This document shows, in pieces, positions 1-8,500 of a DNA stretch of 50,940 bases (the stretch's first letter is position 1; each line of letters starts with the position of its first letter). Under the pieces are notes generated by a model that was not told where the DNA came from, made no database searches, and saw nothing but the letters and a program-made list of their open reading frames with translations. This stretch comes from Elusimicrobiota bacterium. GTDB taxonomy: Bacteria > Elusimicrobiota > Endomicrobiia > Endomicrobiales > Endomicrobiaceae. The stretch is from contig JAFXOB010000225.1 in the NCBI GenBank assembly GCA_017529005.1, positions 1-50,940 of the forward strand, written 5' to 3'. The position numbers and the translations under genes are program-made.

Positions 1-1
1 T

Positions 2-325
2 ATTAATAAAAAATATTTAGCTATACACATACTTGGCAAAATATCTATATCTAATATTACAGACTTTATAAAAAGCAACAAAATAATTTTTAATGAATTT
101 ACAAAAAAGATAAAAAAAATAAAAGAGCAAGAAATATCTGCAAAAAGTTTAGATATATTCGATTTAAAAAATTTTCAAAGAAAGCAAAGTCCTCAAATTA
201 CTAGAGACATAAACAAAAAATACAAAGATAAAAAAATTAGTAAAAGTTCTACAAGAAATCGTCTTAAAACTACAAAAGACATTATAAATAATATCTTCAC
301 TATAAAAAAGAAAATTCATAAATAA
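2..325 (+). CDS. 3' part of an ORF entering from the left edge (hypothetical, Lys/Ile/Asn-rich)
   Basis: Frame 2 is open from position 2 for 107 codons to TAA at 323-325 (...NIFTIKKKIHK*). It is absent from the track because no start codon lies in the window. A terminator-like hairpin follows. No recognisable motif. Confidence 0.3.
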   Translation: MNKKYLAIHILGKISISNITDFIKSNKIIFNEFTKKIKKIKEQEISAKSLDIFDLKNFQRKQSPQITRDINKKYKDKKISKSSTRNRLKTTKDIINNIFTIKKKIHK

Positions 326-392
326 ATCTACTATTTTTTAAAAATCAAATAAAAATTTTTTCTGTATTTAACTCGTTCACATTTTTACTGAC

Positions 393-437
393 GAAGTGTA
401 ATTTTTTTTTGATGTAAAAAAACTAACACTTCTTTTT
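393..437 (+). terminator. Rho-independent terminator-like hairpin after the partial ORF
   Basis: GAAGTGTAATTTTTTTT (393-409) pairs with AAAAAAACTAACACTTC (416-432). The stem has 17 positions with 2 mismatches and is followed by TTTTT (433-437). Confidence 0.4.
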
Positions 438-453
438 ATCGACGAAAAATTTC

Positions 454-483
454 TTTACAAGCAATTCAATTTTCTTTTATAAT
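454..483 (+). promoter_or_regulatory. Sigma70-like promoter for the small ORF / Rep-like gene
   Basis: TTTACA (454-459), 18 nt spacer, TATAAT (478-483), about 45 nt upstream of ATG 528. Confidence 0.45.
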
Positions 484-527
484 CCGCATGAGCTCAAACT
501 AAAAACTGCCAAAAAAAGGAGAAAAAT

Positions 528-692
528 ATGGAAAGCATTAACACAAAGTTGATAGAACTCACAAGGAAAACAATAAACGAACCTTTAACAGATGATCAAT
601 GTATTGAAATAATGAACAATCTCATTGATTTAGAAATGTACCTAAGAGAACTAAAGCACAAATATTCAGAGTATTTTACCCAAGCAGCATAG
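528..692 (+). CDS. Small hypothetical protein (54 aa) of the element, not in the ORF track
   Basis: AAGGAG (517-522) lies 5 nt before ATG 528. The frame is open to TAG 690-692 (MESINTKLIELTRKTINEPLTDDQCIEIMNNLIDLEMYLRELKHKYSEYFTQAA). It sits between the promoter and the iterons. No function can be inferred. Confidence 0.5.
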   Translation: MESINTKLIELTRKTINEPLTDDQCIEIMNNLIDLEMYLRELKHKYSEYFTQAA

Positions 693-700
693 CAAAATAG

Positions 701-825
701 TATGGATAACTCTTTGGATAACTAAGCAAAAAATGTGGAAAATAGTGCGGATAACTAGTACGGTAAAAGAAGAAAAAACATTGATTTTTCAACAAAAGCA
801 AAAAAAACAAGAAAAATGTGGAGAA
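701..825 (+). promoter_or_regulatory. Iteron / DnaA-box-like cluster (candidate replication origin or Rep operator)
   Basis: GGATAACT occurs 3 times in direct orientation (704-711, 716-723, 749-756). AAAAATGTGGA occurs twice. There are five 9-mers, each one mismatch from TGTGGATAA (the reverse complement of the DnaA box TTATCCACA): 701-709, 713-721, 734-742, 746-754 and 817-825, all in the same orientation. The last one overlaps the RBS of the Rep-like ORF. Confidence 0.5.
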
Positions 826-832
826 CATAACA

Positions 833-1843
833 ATGATAGACACAATTAAAATCAGTACAGAAAAATTTAAAATTGGAGATTATGATTTATTTGTTTTAGA
901 TAAGACGAATAAAAGTCTTAAAGGACTAATGGAAATGCTTAAATTATATCCAAATGTAATGTATTCTATAAAAGCACACTTAAAAGAAATTAACGATGGA
1001 AAATACCGACCAAGAATTGAATATGTATATCCCCTTTATAGAAATCCAACAATTTATATAGAATTCTCGATTCCCAAATTATTATTCGGTCAAAACTTAT
1101 CTGAAGTAACCGAGAAAAACGATATCAATGTTGTAAATAAATTAATTACTATATTAAAAGATTTGAATATAACTGTAACAGAAGATGCTATAAATAATGC
1201 TTTTGTTAAACGAGTAGATTTTTCAAAAAATTATGAGCTTAAAGATGATCTAACATGTAAAGACGTTTTGTCTTTATTGAGTAAAGTATCCTATCCTCGT
1301 ATGAAACTACATGTTATAAAGGAAGAAGAATACATTAAATTTTATAACAAAAGTATGGCTCTGTTGTTCTATGACAAGCAAAAGGAACTAAAAAAGCATA
1401 ATTCAAAATTACCAACAAATTATGAACAAGATATTCCCATTTTAAGAATAGAAATACAAATAAAAGGGAAAAATATACTTGATAAACTTACAGAACATAA
1501 TACTTTTAAAGAGATATTTAGTGAACAACTCTTCAAACATGTATTTTACAAATATCTAATGAAACTAAATAAATGTATTCCAGATACATTTACTAACGAG
1601 AAAGAATTAACAGATTTATATAAAGGAAAAACAAATGAACTATCGAACAAAATGGTAATATTCAGTGCACAAGAAAAATATGATAATTATAATGAAGCCA
1701 TACAACATTTGACAAAAATCTATCCTAAATATTTTCTAAAAAGATACAACTGCATACTAATAAAAAAAGAGGGACTGAAATTCATATTACTAAAGTTTTT
1801 AGAGGAAATAAAAGATTATACTCCTCTATTCAATTCCTCATGA
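833..1843 (+). CDS. Putative replication initiation protein of the element (Rep-like; family not securely recognised)
   Basis: The track ORF starts at GTG 818. ATG 833 has GGAGA (820-824) 8 nt upstream. It lies directly downstream of the iteron cluster. The N-terminus MIDTIKIS... and the segment EFSIPKLLFGQNL loosely recall phage/plasmid gene-II/X type initiators. This is motif recall only. Confidence 0.45.
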   Translation: MIDTIKISTEKFKIGDYDLFVLDKTNKSLKGLMEMLKLYPNVMYSIKAHLKEINDGKYRPRIEYVYPLYRNPTIYIEFSIPKLLFGQNLSEVTEKNDINVVNKLITILKDLNITVTEDAINNAFVKRVDFSKNYELKDDLTCKDVLSLLSKVSYPRMKLHVIKEEEYIKFYNKSMALLFYDKQKELKKHNSKLPTNYEQDIPILRIEIQIKGKNILDKLTEHNTFKEIFSEQLFKHVFYKYLMKLNKCIPDTFTNEKELTDLYKGKTNELSNKMVIFSAQEKYDNYNEAIQHLTKIYPKYFLKRYNCILIKKEGLKFILLKFLEEIKDYTPLFNSS

Positions 1844-1975
1844 TAATTTTATAGAGGCGTTGAATGAATTTTCATATTTTGGTATACATCTGGAGGCAAA
1901 TTCATTGAACAAATAGAAGAAATATAGAATAAATCAAATAGAATCGTTAATAAATTATGAATAAAGGAGTAAAAA

Positions 1976-3634
1976 ATGATAAATAAAATTAATAATACCA
2001 ATAATAACAATAATGCTGAAAAAGCTGTTCTTTTTTTAAGGGTAAGCAGTAAAGGACAAGAGGATAATTATTCTCTTGATGCTCAAGAAAAATTAGCTAC
2101 AAAGTATGCTCAGGAACATAATCTTAAAATAATTAAAATATGGAAAGTCGCAGAAAGTGCTTGGGGCAAAAAAGAAAGAAAAAACTTTATGGAAATGTTG
2201 GAATATGTAAAAAAACATATTGACATAAAGCATATTCTTTTTGACATTTTAGATAGAATGACAAGAAATGATATGGACAAAATAAAAATCAAAGATTTAA
2301 TTCATTTTCATGATAAAACCATACACTTTACAAGAACTAATAAAATATACAATAAAAATACTTCCCCTGATGATGAATTCATGTTAGACATAGAAACTGC
2401 TGTAGCTAAAAAAATGTCAAACGACATTTCAAGAAAAACTAAAATGGGATTAGATGAAAAAGCAGCTGAGGGCTATTACCCAGCAAATGCACCTATTGGA
2501 TATAAAAATGCAAAAGATAATGAAGGTAAAAACATTATAATCGTTGACAATGAAAGAGCTCCATTTATAAAAGAATTATTCGAAAAAATAGCAACAGGTT
2601 CTTACTCAATAGAAATGATGGTTTCTGAATTGCATAGAGCAGGTTTAAGAAGCAAAAAAGATGGAGGAAGTGTAGTTAAAAGTAGTTTGTATAGAATTCT
2701 ACAAAATCCATTTTATTATGGCGTTTTTAGGTGGAAAGGTAAAATATATAAAGGGAAACATATAAATTTAATATCTGAAGAATTATGGCTGAAAGCAAAT
2801 GAAGCTTTAAAGAAATCTTCAAGGCCACATATAAGCAAACACAATTTTGCATTTACAAATTTGCTAATCTGCGATACTTGTGGATGTACTATTTTAGGAG
2901 AAATTCAAAAAGGGAGATATATATATTACAGATGTTCCCATACTAAAAATAAACATAAAATAAAAGAATATATTCCAGAAAATGATTTAGCAAATAAATT
3001 TGGTAATATAATTAAAGCTATAAGTATTCCAAAAAATGTTGGCGATATGATAAAAGAAGGAATAGAGCTAATAGCCAAAAATAAAGATGCCATTACCGAA
3101 AATAGAGTATCTGTATTAAAAAAGAATTTAATTAAATCAAAAATAGATTTAAAAAAATTATACGAATCAGAATTTAATGATCTAAATATCACCGAAACTA
3201 AAAAACAATTCTACAAAGATAAAGAGAATGAATTACTATCAAATATAACTGCATCAGAAGAAGAATTAAATAAAATTGGTAATAGTAAGGATGTCGTTCT
3301 CAATAAAAATGAAGAGATAATAGAATTACTAACAAATCTTAACAAACTATATGAAATATGTGATAATTACGAAAAAGCAAAAATAATTAAGTTTATTCTA
3401 GAATTATCAAAGCTATCTAAAAACAATGAAATTATACCAACTTACAGAAAACCATTTAATTATTTCTGTAACATAAATTCTGCCATAAATAACAATTCAA
3501 ACGATAACAACAACAAATTTGTTGAAAAAAGAAATGACATCGGTGTAAAAACCGATGTCGTTTTAAACCATTTTTCTATTGATAATTCAATGACTTTTTT
3601 TAAAAGTTCGAATATTTGCCTAACGGGTGAATGA
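1976..3634 (+). CDS. Large serine recombinase / integrase
   Basis: AAGGAG lies 6 nt before ATG 1976. It has a resolvase-type N-terminal catalytic domain (AVLFLRVSSKGQ, DRMTRN), a recombinase domain (YYPANAPIGYK, LYRILQNPFYYG), a Cys-rich zinc ribbon (CDTCGC...YYRCSH) and a long Lys/Glu/Asn coiled-coil-like tail. The TGA stop at 3632-3634 lies inside tRNA-His. Confidence 0.9.
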   Translation: MINKINNTNNNNNAEKAVLFLRVSSKGQEDNYSLDAQEKLATKYAQEHNLKIIKIWKVAESAWGKKERKNFMEMLEYVKKHIDIKHILFDILDRMTRNDMDKIKIKDLIHFHDKTIHFTRTNKIYNKNTSPDDEFMLDIETAVAKKMSNDISRKTKMGLDEKAAEGYYPANAPIGYKNAKDNEGKNIIIVDNERAPFIKELFEKIATGSYSIEMMVSELHRAGLRSKKDGGSVVKSSLYRILQNPFYYGVFRWKGKIYKGKHINLISEELWLKANEALKKSSRPHISKHNFAFTNLLICDTCGCTILGEIQKGRYIYYRCSHTKNKHKIKEYIPENDLANKFGNIIKAISIPKNVGDMIKEGIELIAKNKDAITENRVSVLKKNLIKSKIDLKKLYESEFNDLNITETKKQFYKDKENELLSNITASEEELNKIGNSKDVVLNKNEEIIELLTNLNKLYEICDNYEKAKIIKFILELSKLSKNNEIIPTYRKPFNYFCNINSAINNNSNDNNNKFVEKRNDIGVKTDVVLNHFSIDNSMTFFKSSNICLTGE

Positions 3635-3700
3635 AGGGATTTGAACCCTCGACCTTCGCTTCCACAGAGCGACGCTCTAACCAGCTGAGCTACATTCACC
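3626..3700 (-). tRNA. tRNA-His (anticodon GTG)
   Basis: The reverse complement reads G(-1)-GTGAATG-TA-GCTC-AGCTGGTTA-GAGC-G-TCGCT-CTGTGGA-AGCGA-AGGTC-GAGGG-TTCAAAT-CCCTT-CATTCAC-C. The cloverleaf is complete and has the His-specific extra 5' G. CCA is not encoded. Confidence 0.9.
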
Positions 3701-3715
3701 ATTAAACTAATCGAG

Positions 3716-3789
3716 CGTCTCCGACGTGAGTTGAACACGTAACCTACTGCTTAGAAGGCAGTTGCTCTATCCAATTGAGCTACGGAGAC
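3716..3789 (-). tRNA. tRNA-Arg (anticodon TCT)
   Basis: The reverse complement reads GTCTCCG-TA-GCTC-AATTGGATA-GAGC-A-ACTGC-CTTCTAA-GCAGT-AGGTT-ACGTG-TTCAACT-CACGT-CGGAGAC-G. The cloverleaf is complete. Confidence 0.9.
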
Positions 3790-3806
3790 ACTCTTAATAG
3801 CTAATG

Positions 3807-3835
3807 ATTATATCAAAACTGCAATTTATAGTCAA
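3807..3835 (-). promoter_or_regulatory. Near-consensus sigma70 promoter for the tRNA-Arg/tRNA-His pair
   Basis: On the minus strand: TTGACT (3835-3830), 17 nt spacer, TATAAT (3812-3807), about 17 nt upstream of the tRNA-Arg 5' end. Confidence 0.6.
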
Positions 3836-3839
3836 ATTT

Positions 3840-4430
3840 TTAACTTGCCAAATCGTATTCTGTTTTTTCTGTTTTTGTTATTTTACCGTCTGAACTTATT
3901 TCTGTCGACCAAAGCCATTTGTCCAACGGTCTTGCTTTGCCGAACGGCATGTGTCCGTAATAAAACAACATCTGCTTTGCGGCTTTTTTCTTATCTTGTT
4001 TATCCATAACAATTTTCCATAAAGTTGCTGCAAGCCCGGTTCTGCCCGAACCACCCAAACAATGTATAAATACCGGTTTGGGTGCAGTTTTAAACAAGCC
4101 TATCAGTGTTTCAATCTGTTCATCCGTAGGTTCTTTGTGCATAGCCATATCCAGATCATAATGTTTTATTCCGTAAACAGAACAAACAGCCATTTCATCG
4201 TCATACCAGGATTCTCCGGGTTCTGCTCCCCTTAAATTTATAATACTTTTTATATTATATTTGTTTACATAATATTCAAGTAACTGTTTATCCAGTTGCC
4301 TTGAACGGTATGCTTGGTTTTCCGTTATTACATGAAAATTTCCTTTTATCCAACTGTCTGCAAAAAACAATCCATAAATAACTACAACCAAACCCAAAAT
4401 AATAAAAAAACTTTTAATATACTTTTTCAT
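3840..4430 (-). CDS. Membrane-anchored Cys-dependent protein-tyrosine / dual-specificity phosphatase family protein
   Basis: HCLGGSGRTG matches the CX5R(S/T) P-loop. There is an N-terminal TM segment (FFIILGLVVVIYGLFF). The track start at 4451 is a TTG, and the first ATG (4430, MKKYIK) is used here. Confidence 0.8.
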   Translation of the reverse strand: MKKYIKSFFIILGLVVVIYGLFFADSWIKGNFHVITENQAYRSRQLDKQLLEYYVNKYNIKSIINLRGAEPGESWYDDEMAVCSVYGIKHYDLDMAMHKEPTDEQIETLIGLFKTAPKPVFIHCLGGSGRTGLAATLWKIVMDKQDKKKAAKQMLFYYGHMPFGKARPLDKWLWSTEISSDGKITKTEKTEYDLAS

Positions 4431-4456
4431 TTTATTTATATTGTAAAACAAAAATT

Positions 4457-5530
4457 TTAAATAAAATCGGCAAGAATAGAGTTTGAAACAAACAATGCCT
4501 TTTGTGTAAATTTCACTCTGTTATTTTCTACCGACAACATACCGTTAGCAACATATTTATTTAACACATCTTTACTGTTTTCAAAATATTTTATATCCAC
4601 ACCTTCGGATAATCTTAAACCTAACATTATTTTTTCTTTATTGTATAAATCATCGGTAATATACTCTTTTTCTACGACAATATTTTTATTGCTTAAAATA
4701 TTTTCGATATATTTTATGACATTGGTGTTATTTTTATATCTATACCTTTTATAATAAGATGAAGCACTTGTACCAAGACCGATATATTCTTTATTTTTCC
4801 AATAAAGTTTATTATGTAACGAATATTTTTTTTCTTTAGCCCAATTTGAAATTTCGTAATGTTCAAAACCGTTTTCTTTCAAAAACGAACAGGCAAACTC
4901 ATACATTTTATATTGTAAATCCCCGTTCGGTTCTATTTTTTTCTTATAAAAAGGTGTATTGGGTTCAACAGTTAGCGGATATAAAGAAATATGTTGAGAT
5001 TCCAATTTCACGACTTCTTTTAAAGTTTTTTCCCAACTGCTTAAAGTTTGATTGGGGATTCCATACATCAAATCTATATTGATATTATCAAAACCTGTTT
5101 GCCTTGCTTCATAATAAACCTGTTTAAATTTTTCATAATTATGTAATCTTCCCAAAACAGTTAAACTTTGATCGTATATACTCTGCAGACCTAAACTTAA
5201 TCTTGATACTCGTGCATCAAATAAAAGTTTCAGTTTTTCTTTTGTAACCGATTCGGGATTCAATTCCACTGTTATTTCTTTACAATAAGAAACATTGAAA
5301 TTAGAAGTTATTACGGATGCCAAATTTTTCTGTTGGTCAATTGAAAGAGTTGACGGTGTTCCCCCTCCTATATAAACAGTATCTATTATTTCATTTTTAT
5401 ATTTTTGTGCTTCTTTTTCCAATGCCGTTAAATAATTGTTTGCCAAGTCTTCAATATATGCAATTGAGACAAAATCGCAATAAAAACATTTTCTTTTACA
5501 AAATGGTATATGAATATATAAACCGAGCAT
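4457..5530 (-). CDS. hemW: Radical SAM HemN-like protein (HemW-type heme chaperone / oxygen-independent coproporphyrinogen oxidase-like)
   Basis: CxxxCxxC motif in IPFCKRKCFYCDF, plus GGGTPS. At 357 aa it belongs to the short HemW/YggW class, not the roughly 450-aa HemN. Confidence 0.85.
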   Translation of the reverse strand: MLGLYIHIPFCKRKCFYCDFVSIAYIEDLANNYLTALEKEAQKYKNEIIDTVYIGGGTPSTLSIDQQKNLASVITSNFNVSYCKEITVELNPESVTKEKLKLLFDARVSRLSLGLQSIYDQSLTVLGRLHNYEKFKQVYYEARQTGFDNINIDLMYGIPNQTLSSWEKTLKEVVKLESQHISLYPLTVEPNTPFYKKKIEPNGDLQYKMYEFACSFLKENGFEHYEISNWAKEKKYSLHNKLYWKNKEYIGLGTSASSYYKRYRYKNNTNVIKYIENILSNKNIVVEKEYITDDLYNKEKIMLGLRLSEGVDIKYFENSKDVLNKYVANGMLSVENNRVKFTQKALFVSNSILADFI

Positions 5531-5533
5531 ATT

Positions 5534-8500
5534 TTAAAACCTTAATCTTTGTTCAAGCATAAATCTTTTTTCCGGTTCGTAATTCGGATTATCCGAATTT
5601 AAGCCGTAACTGCCTTTTAAAAACAAATTCCTGTTTAATTTAAACGACATTTCCACTGCCTGTTTTAAATCTATTTCTCTTTGAACTTTATCAAAAGTTA
5701 CGGAATATCCTACCTGCAACAACCTGTTAATATTTTTTTCAACGGAATATTTCATACCATATAACAATTCTGCCATTGTAGCTTCTTCATTTGAATCTAT
5801 TTGCAATGTATCTTGATTTACAAAACCTAGTCTTACATTATCTACTATACCTGTTTTTTTAAGAACGGTATTTGCAAGCGGTGTGGCAATACTTGAACTA
5901 AACATTCTTATTGCCTGCTGTTTAACTAAAAAGTCGGTACTTGTATCAAGAGTATTAGATTGAGTCGGATCTGTTTTTGTAAGCCTTGCAAGAGCTTTTT
6001 TAGAATCCATATTCGGATCATTTTTAGATGCAAATCTTGTTTTAATATTATCAAGAGTTGATCTGTCAACATAAACTTTAATAACTTCGGCTGCGCTGTC
6101 ACCGGTAGAATAAACTTCGGATTCCCCTTCGGCGGTAATATACAGTTCATTATTTATTATTTCTATTTTTGAACTTATAATGTCAAAATCGTTACCCATA
6201 TAAGAAAAAAGTCCTTCATCGGATGTTGCAACACCGTTAGCATATATATCGTCCAAAGGCCCTTTAAGATTTACGGAACCTTTTAACAAAACGTTTAACA
6301 TGGAATTTTCATACCTGGTATTTGTTGCGCTTTTCAAATCTATATCTATATATAAATTTTTAAACATATCAGCGATAAAATCCGGAATTTCATCATCACT
6401 GTTTTTTACCGGAGAGGGATAACAAAATCTTGTATTTTCAAGTTCCGCCCAACCTGTAAGTTTCAAATCTTTAGGAGAACCTTTCAATTTGAAATCAAAA
6501 ACAGGAACCCCTTTCGTATAATTAGCAAAACTGCTTGATTCCATTTTAAAAACGCCGGATGTCGGTATAGGCAAGGCCTTAACAATAACAGGAATACCTT
6601 TTTTTGACGTAAACAAATTTAAATCATAAACAGAAGGATTTATACCTTGCATTTTTAAAGAACCCGCAACTTCCAATGTTCCCGAACCTATTTTTGCTTC
6701 GGCTTTTTCTATAGTAAACAAATTGTTGTCCCATACAATATCGACAACCAAATCTTTAATTTTATTTACATAAGAATCTGTTTTTATATTTGTTCCTTCC
6801 ATTTTTAATTTACCGATATTAGAAATATTTTTTCTTATACCGGTAAGCTTACCGTCAATTTTCAAAAATCCTTTTTTCGCAGTAACAGTATTGTTTGCTA
6901 AATTTTTTAATATATACAAACTGATATCGTTTAATTTGTAATTTACATTTACTTCTTTATCCATCATCGTTTTTTTCAAGTTCGAATCCAACCAAAAAGG
7001 AAAAAAACCGTCAACAATAAAACTGTATTTACCCGATTTCTTTATATTGAACTTATCTATGTTAAGCTTATTATCTTTAACATCTATTGCTATATCACAC
7101 AAATCAAACGGGACATTGTAAACCGAACCGTTTGAAGAATTTATTGATAAATTTATATCGGGATTCGATATCGGTCCGTTTCCTTTTAACTTAAAATCCA
7201 ATCCGCCTGTTATGTCTATAGGAAAATTAAATAATCCGGTTAATATCGCCAAATCAAGTTTCTTGCCTGTCATATCAATATCAAATTTATCTGACAAGAT
7301 TGAACCGTTAAATTTATAAGATTGTTTTTCATAATTTAATAAAATATTTTTAAATGTAATTTTAGGATAACCGCTGAATAAAATATTTCCCGATAATTTA
7401 AGCTTATTATTATCTTCCGTTTTAAATGCAAAATCTTTATCCAAAACAACATATTTTAAAATTAATGAATCGATTCTTTCTTCATTTAACCATAAATTTA
7501 TAAAATTTATGTTTCCCTTATACATATAGCTGTGTTCTCTTTTTTTCGTCATTTTACCGTCTATTTTTATATTTCCGAAAACATCGAAAGGGCCTAAATG
7601 TGTATTAACAAATTTCAGTTCGGAATTATATTTCATTGTGTTTATATCAAAGTTTGCAGACAATATTTTCATCTCGCTGTCAGATAATTTCACCTTAGCA
7701 TCTTTTATTGAAATAATTTTATTGTGAGCCGTAAGTTTTGATACAAAAGAATTGAATTTCATTGTTTTTACAAACATTGTATCTGCATACAAATTTAATT
7801 CATATTTTAAATTTTTAAGTTTTCCCGTAACATTTCCGTCACCGTAAAACACTCCTTTCAACGGTGTTCTAAAACCTACATATCTGTTTATTATATTTTC
7901 CGATACATTCGTAAATTTTATTTTAAGATTACTGTTATTTTTATCTAAAATTCCGGAACCCGTTATCTTCGCTTTGGATTTGTCCCCCGCAAGTATTACA
8001 AATTTATTTAAATTCATTTTTTTGTTTTTATAAACAACTTTTGTTTCGGCATTAAATATTAAATCGTTATAAAGACCGTCTTTTACTGTAGCATCAACAA
8101 GTATATCGGGATTTTTTATATCACCGGATATTTTTGTTTTGGAGGTTAATCTTCCTTTTATTTTTGAATAATATTGTGACAATTTTGATTTATCATGTTT
8201 TATTAATGCCGAAATTGTGTTCTGTGCCAAATCATATTCTATATCTCCGGACAATCCGTTATCATTATTTAAACGGCTTAAATGTATTTTTTCTCTTGAT
8301 AAAGATAAAAGAGCTTTATGTGCGAAATTTATTTTGCCGACTTCCAATTTATCTGCAGAAACTTTTCCTACTATTTTATTATCATCTGCAAGTTTGCCGT
8401 TAATGGTTAAATCATAATTTATATTAACACCTTTAATTTTAAAATCTTTAATTGTCGTATTAAAATATGAATTTGAATCCTTGTTTGAAAAATCAATAAA

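Larger units (their letters stand above)
1..3634 (+). mobile_element. Right-hand end of an integrated plasmid/phage-like element (promoter, small ORF, iteron/DnaA-box cluster, Rep-like gene, large serine recombinase) abutting tRNA-His. The left end lies outside the window.
   Basis: This is the only + strand gene block in a minus-strand window. It carries a replication and recombination gene set and ends exactly at a tRNA gene. Only one boundary is visible, so the extent is a lower bound. Confidence 0.6.

Noticed and set aside
3460-3738. 92-aa minus-strand ORF
   Set aside because: It is the antisense/sense translation of the two tRNA genes and the recombinase 3' end, so it is an artefact of open frames across structured RNA genes.
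5926-6150. Same-strand out-of-frame 74-aa ORF inside tamB (likewise 42493..42708 inside the GT-C gene)
   Set aside because: They are fully nested in a different frame of a long, well-supported gene, and there are no independent signals.
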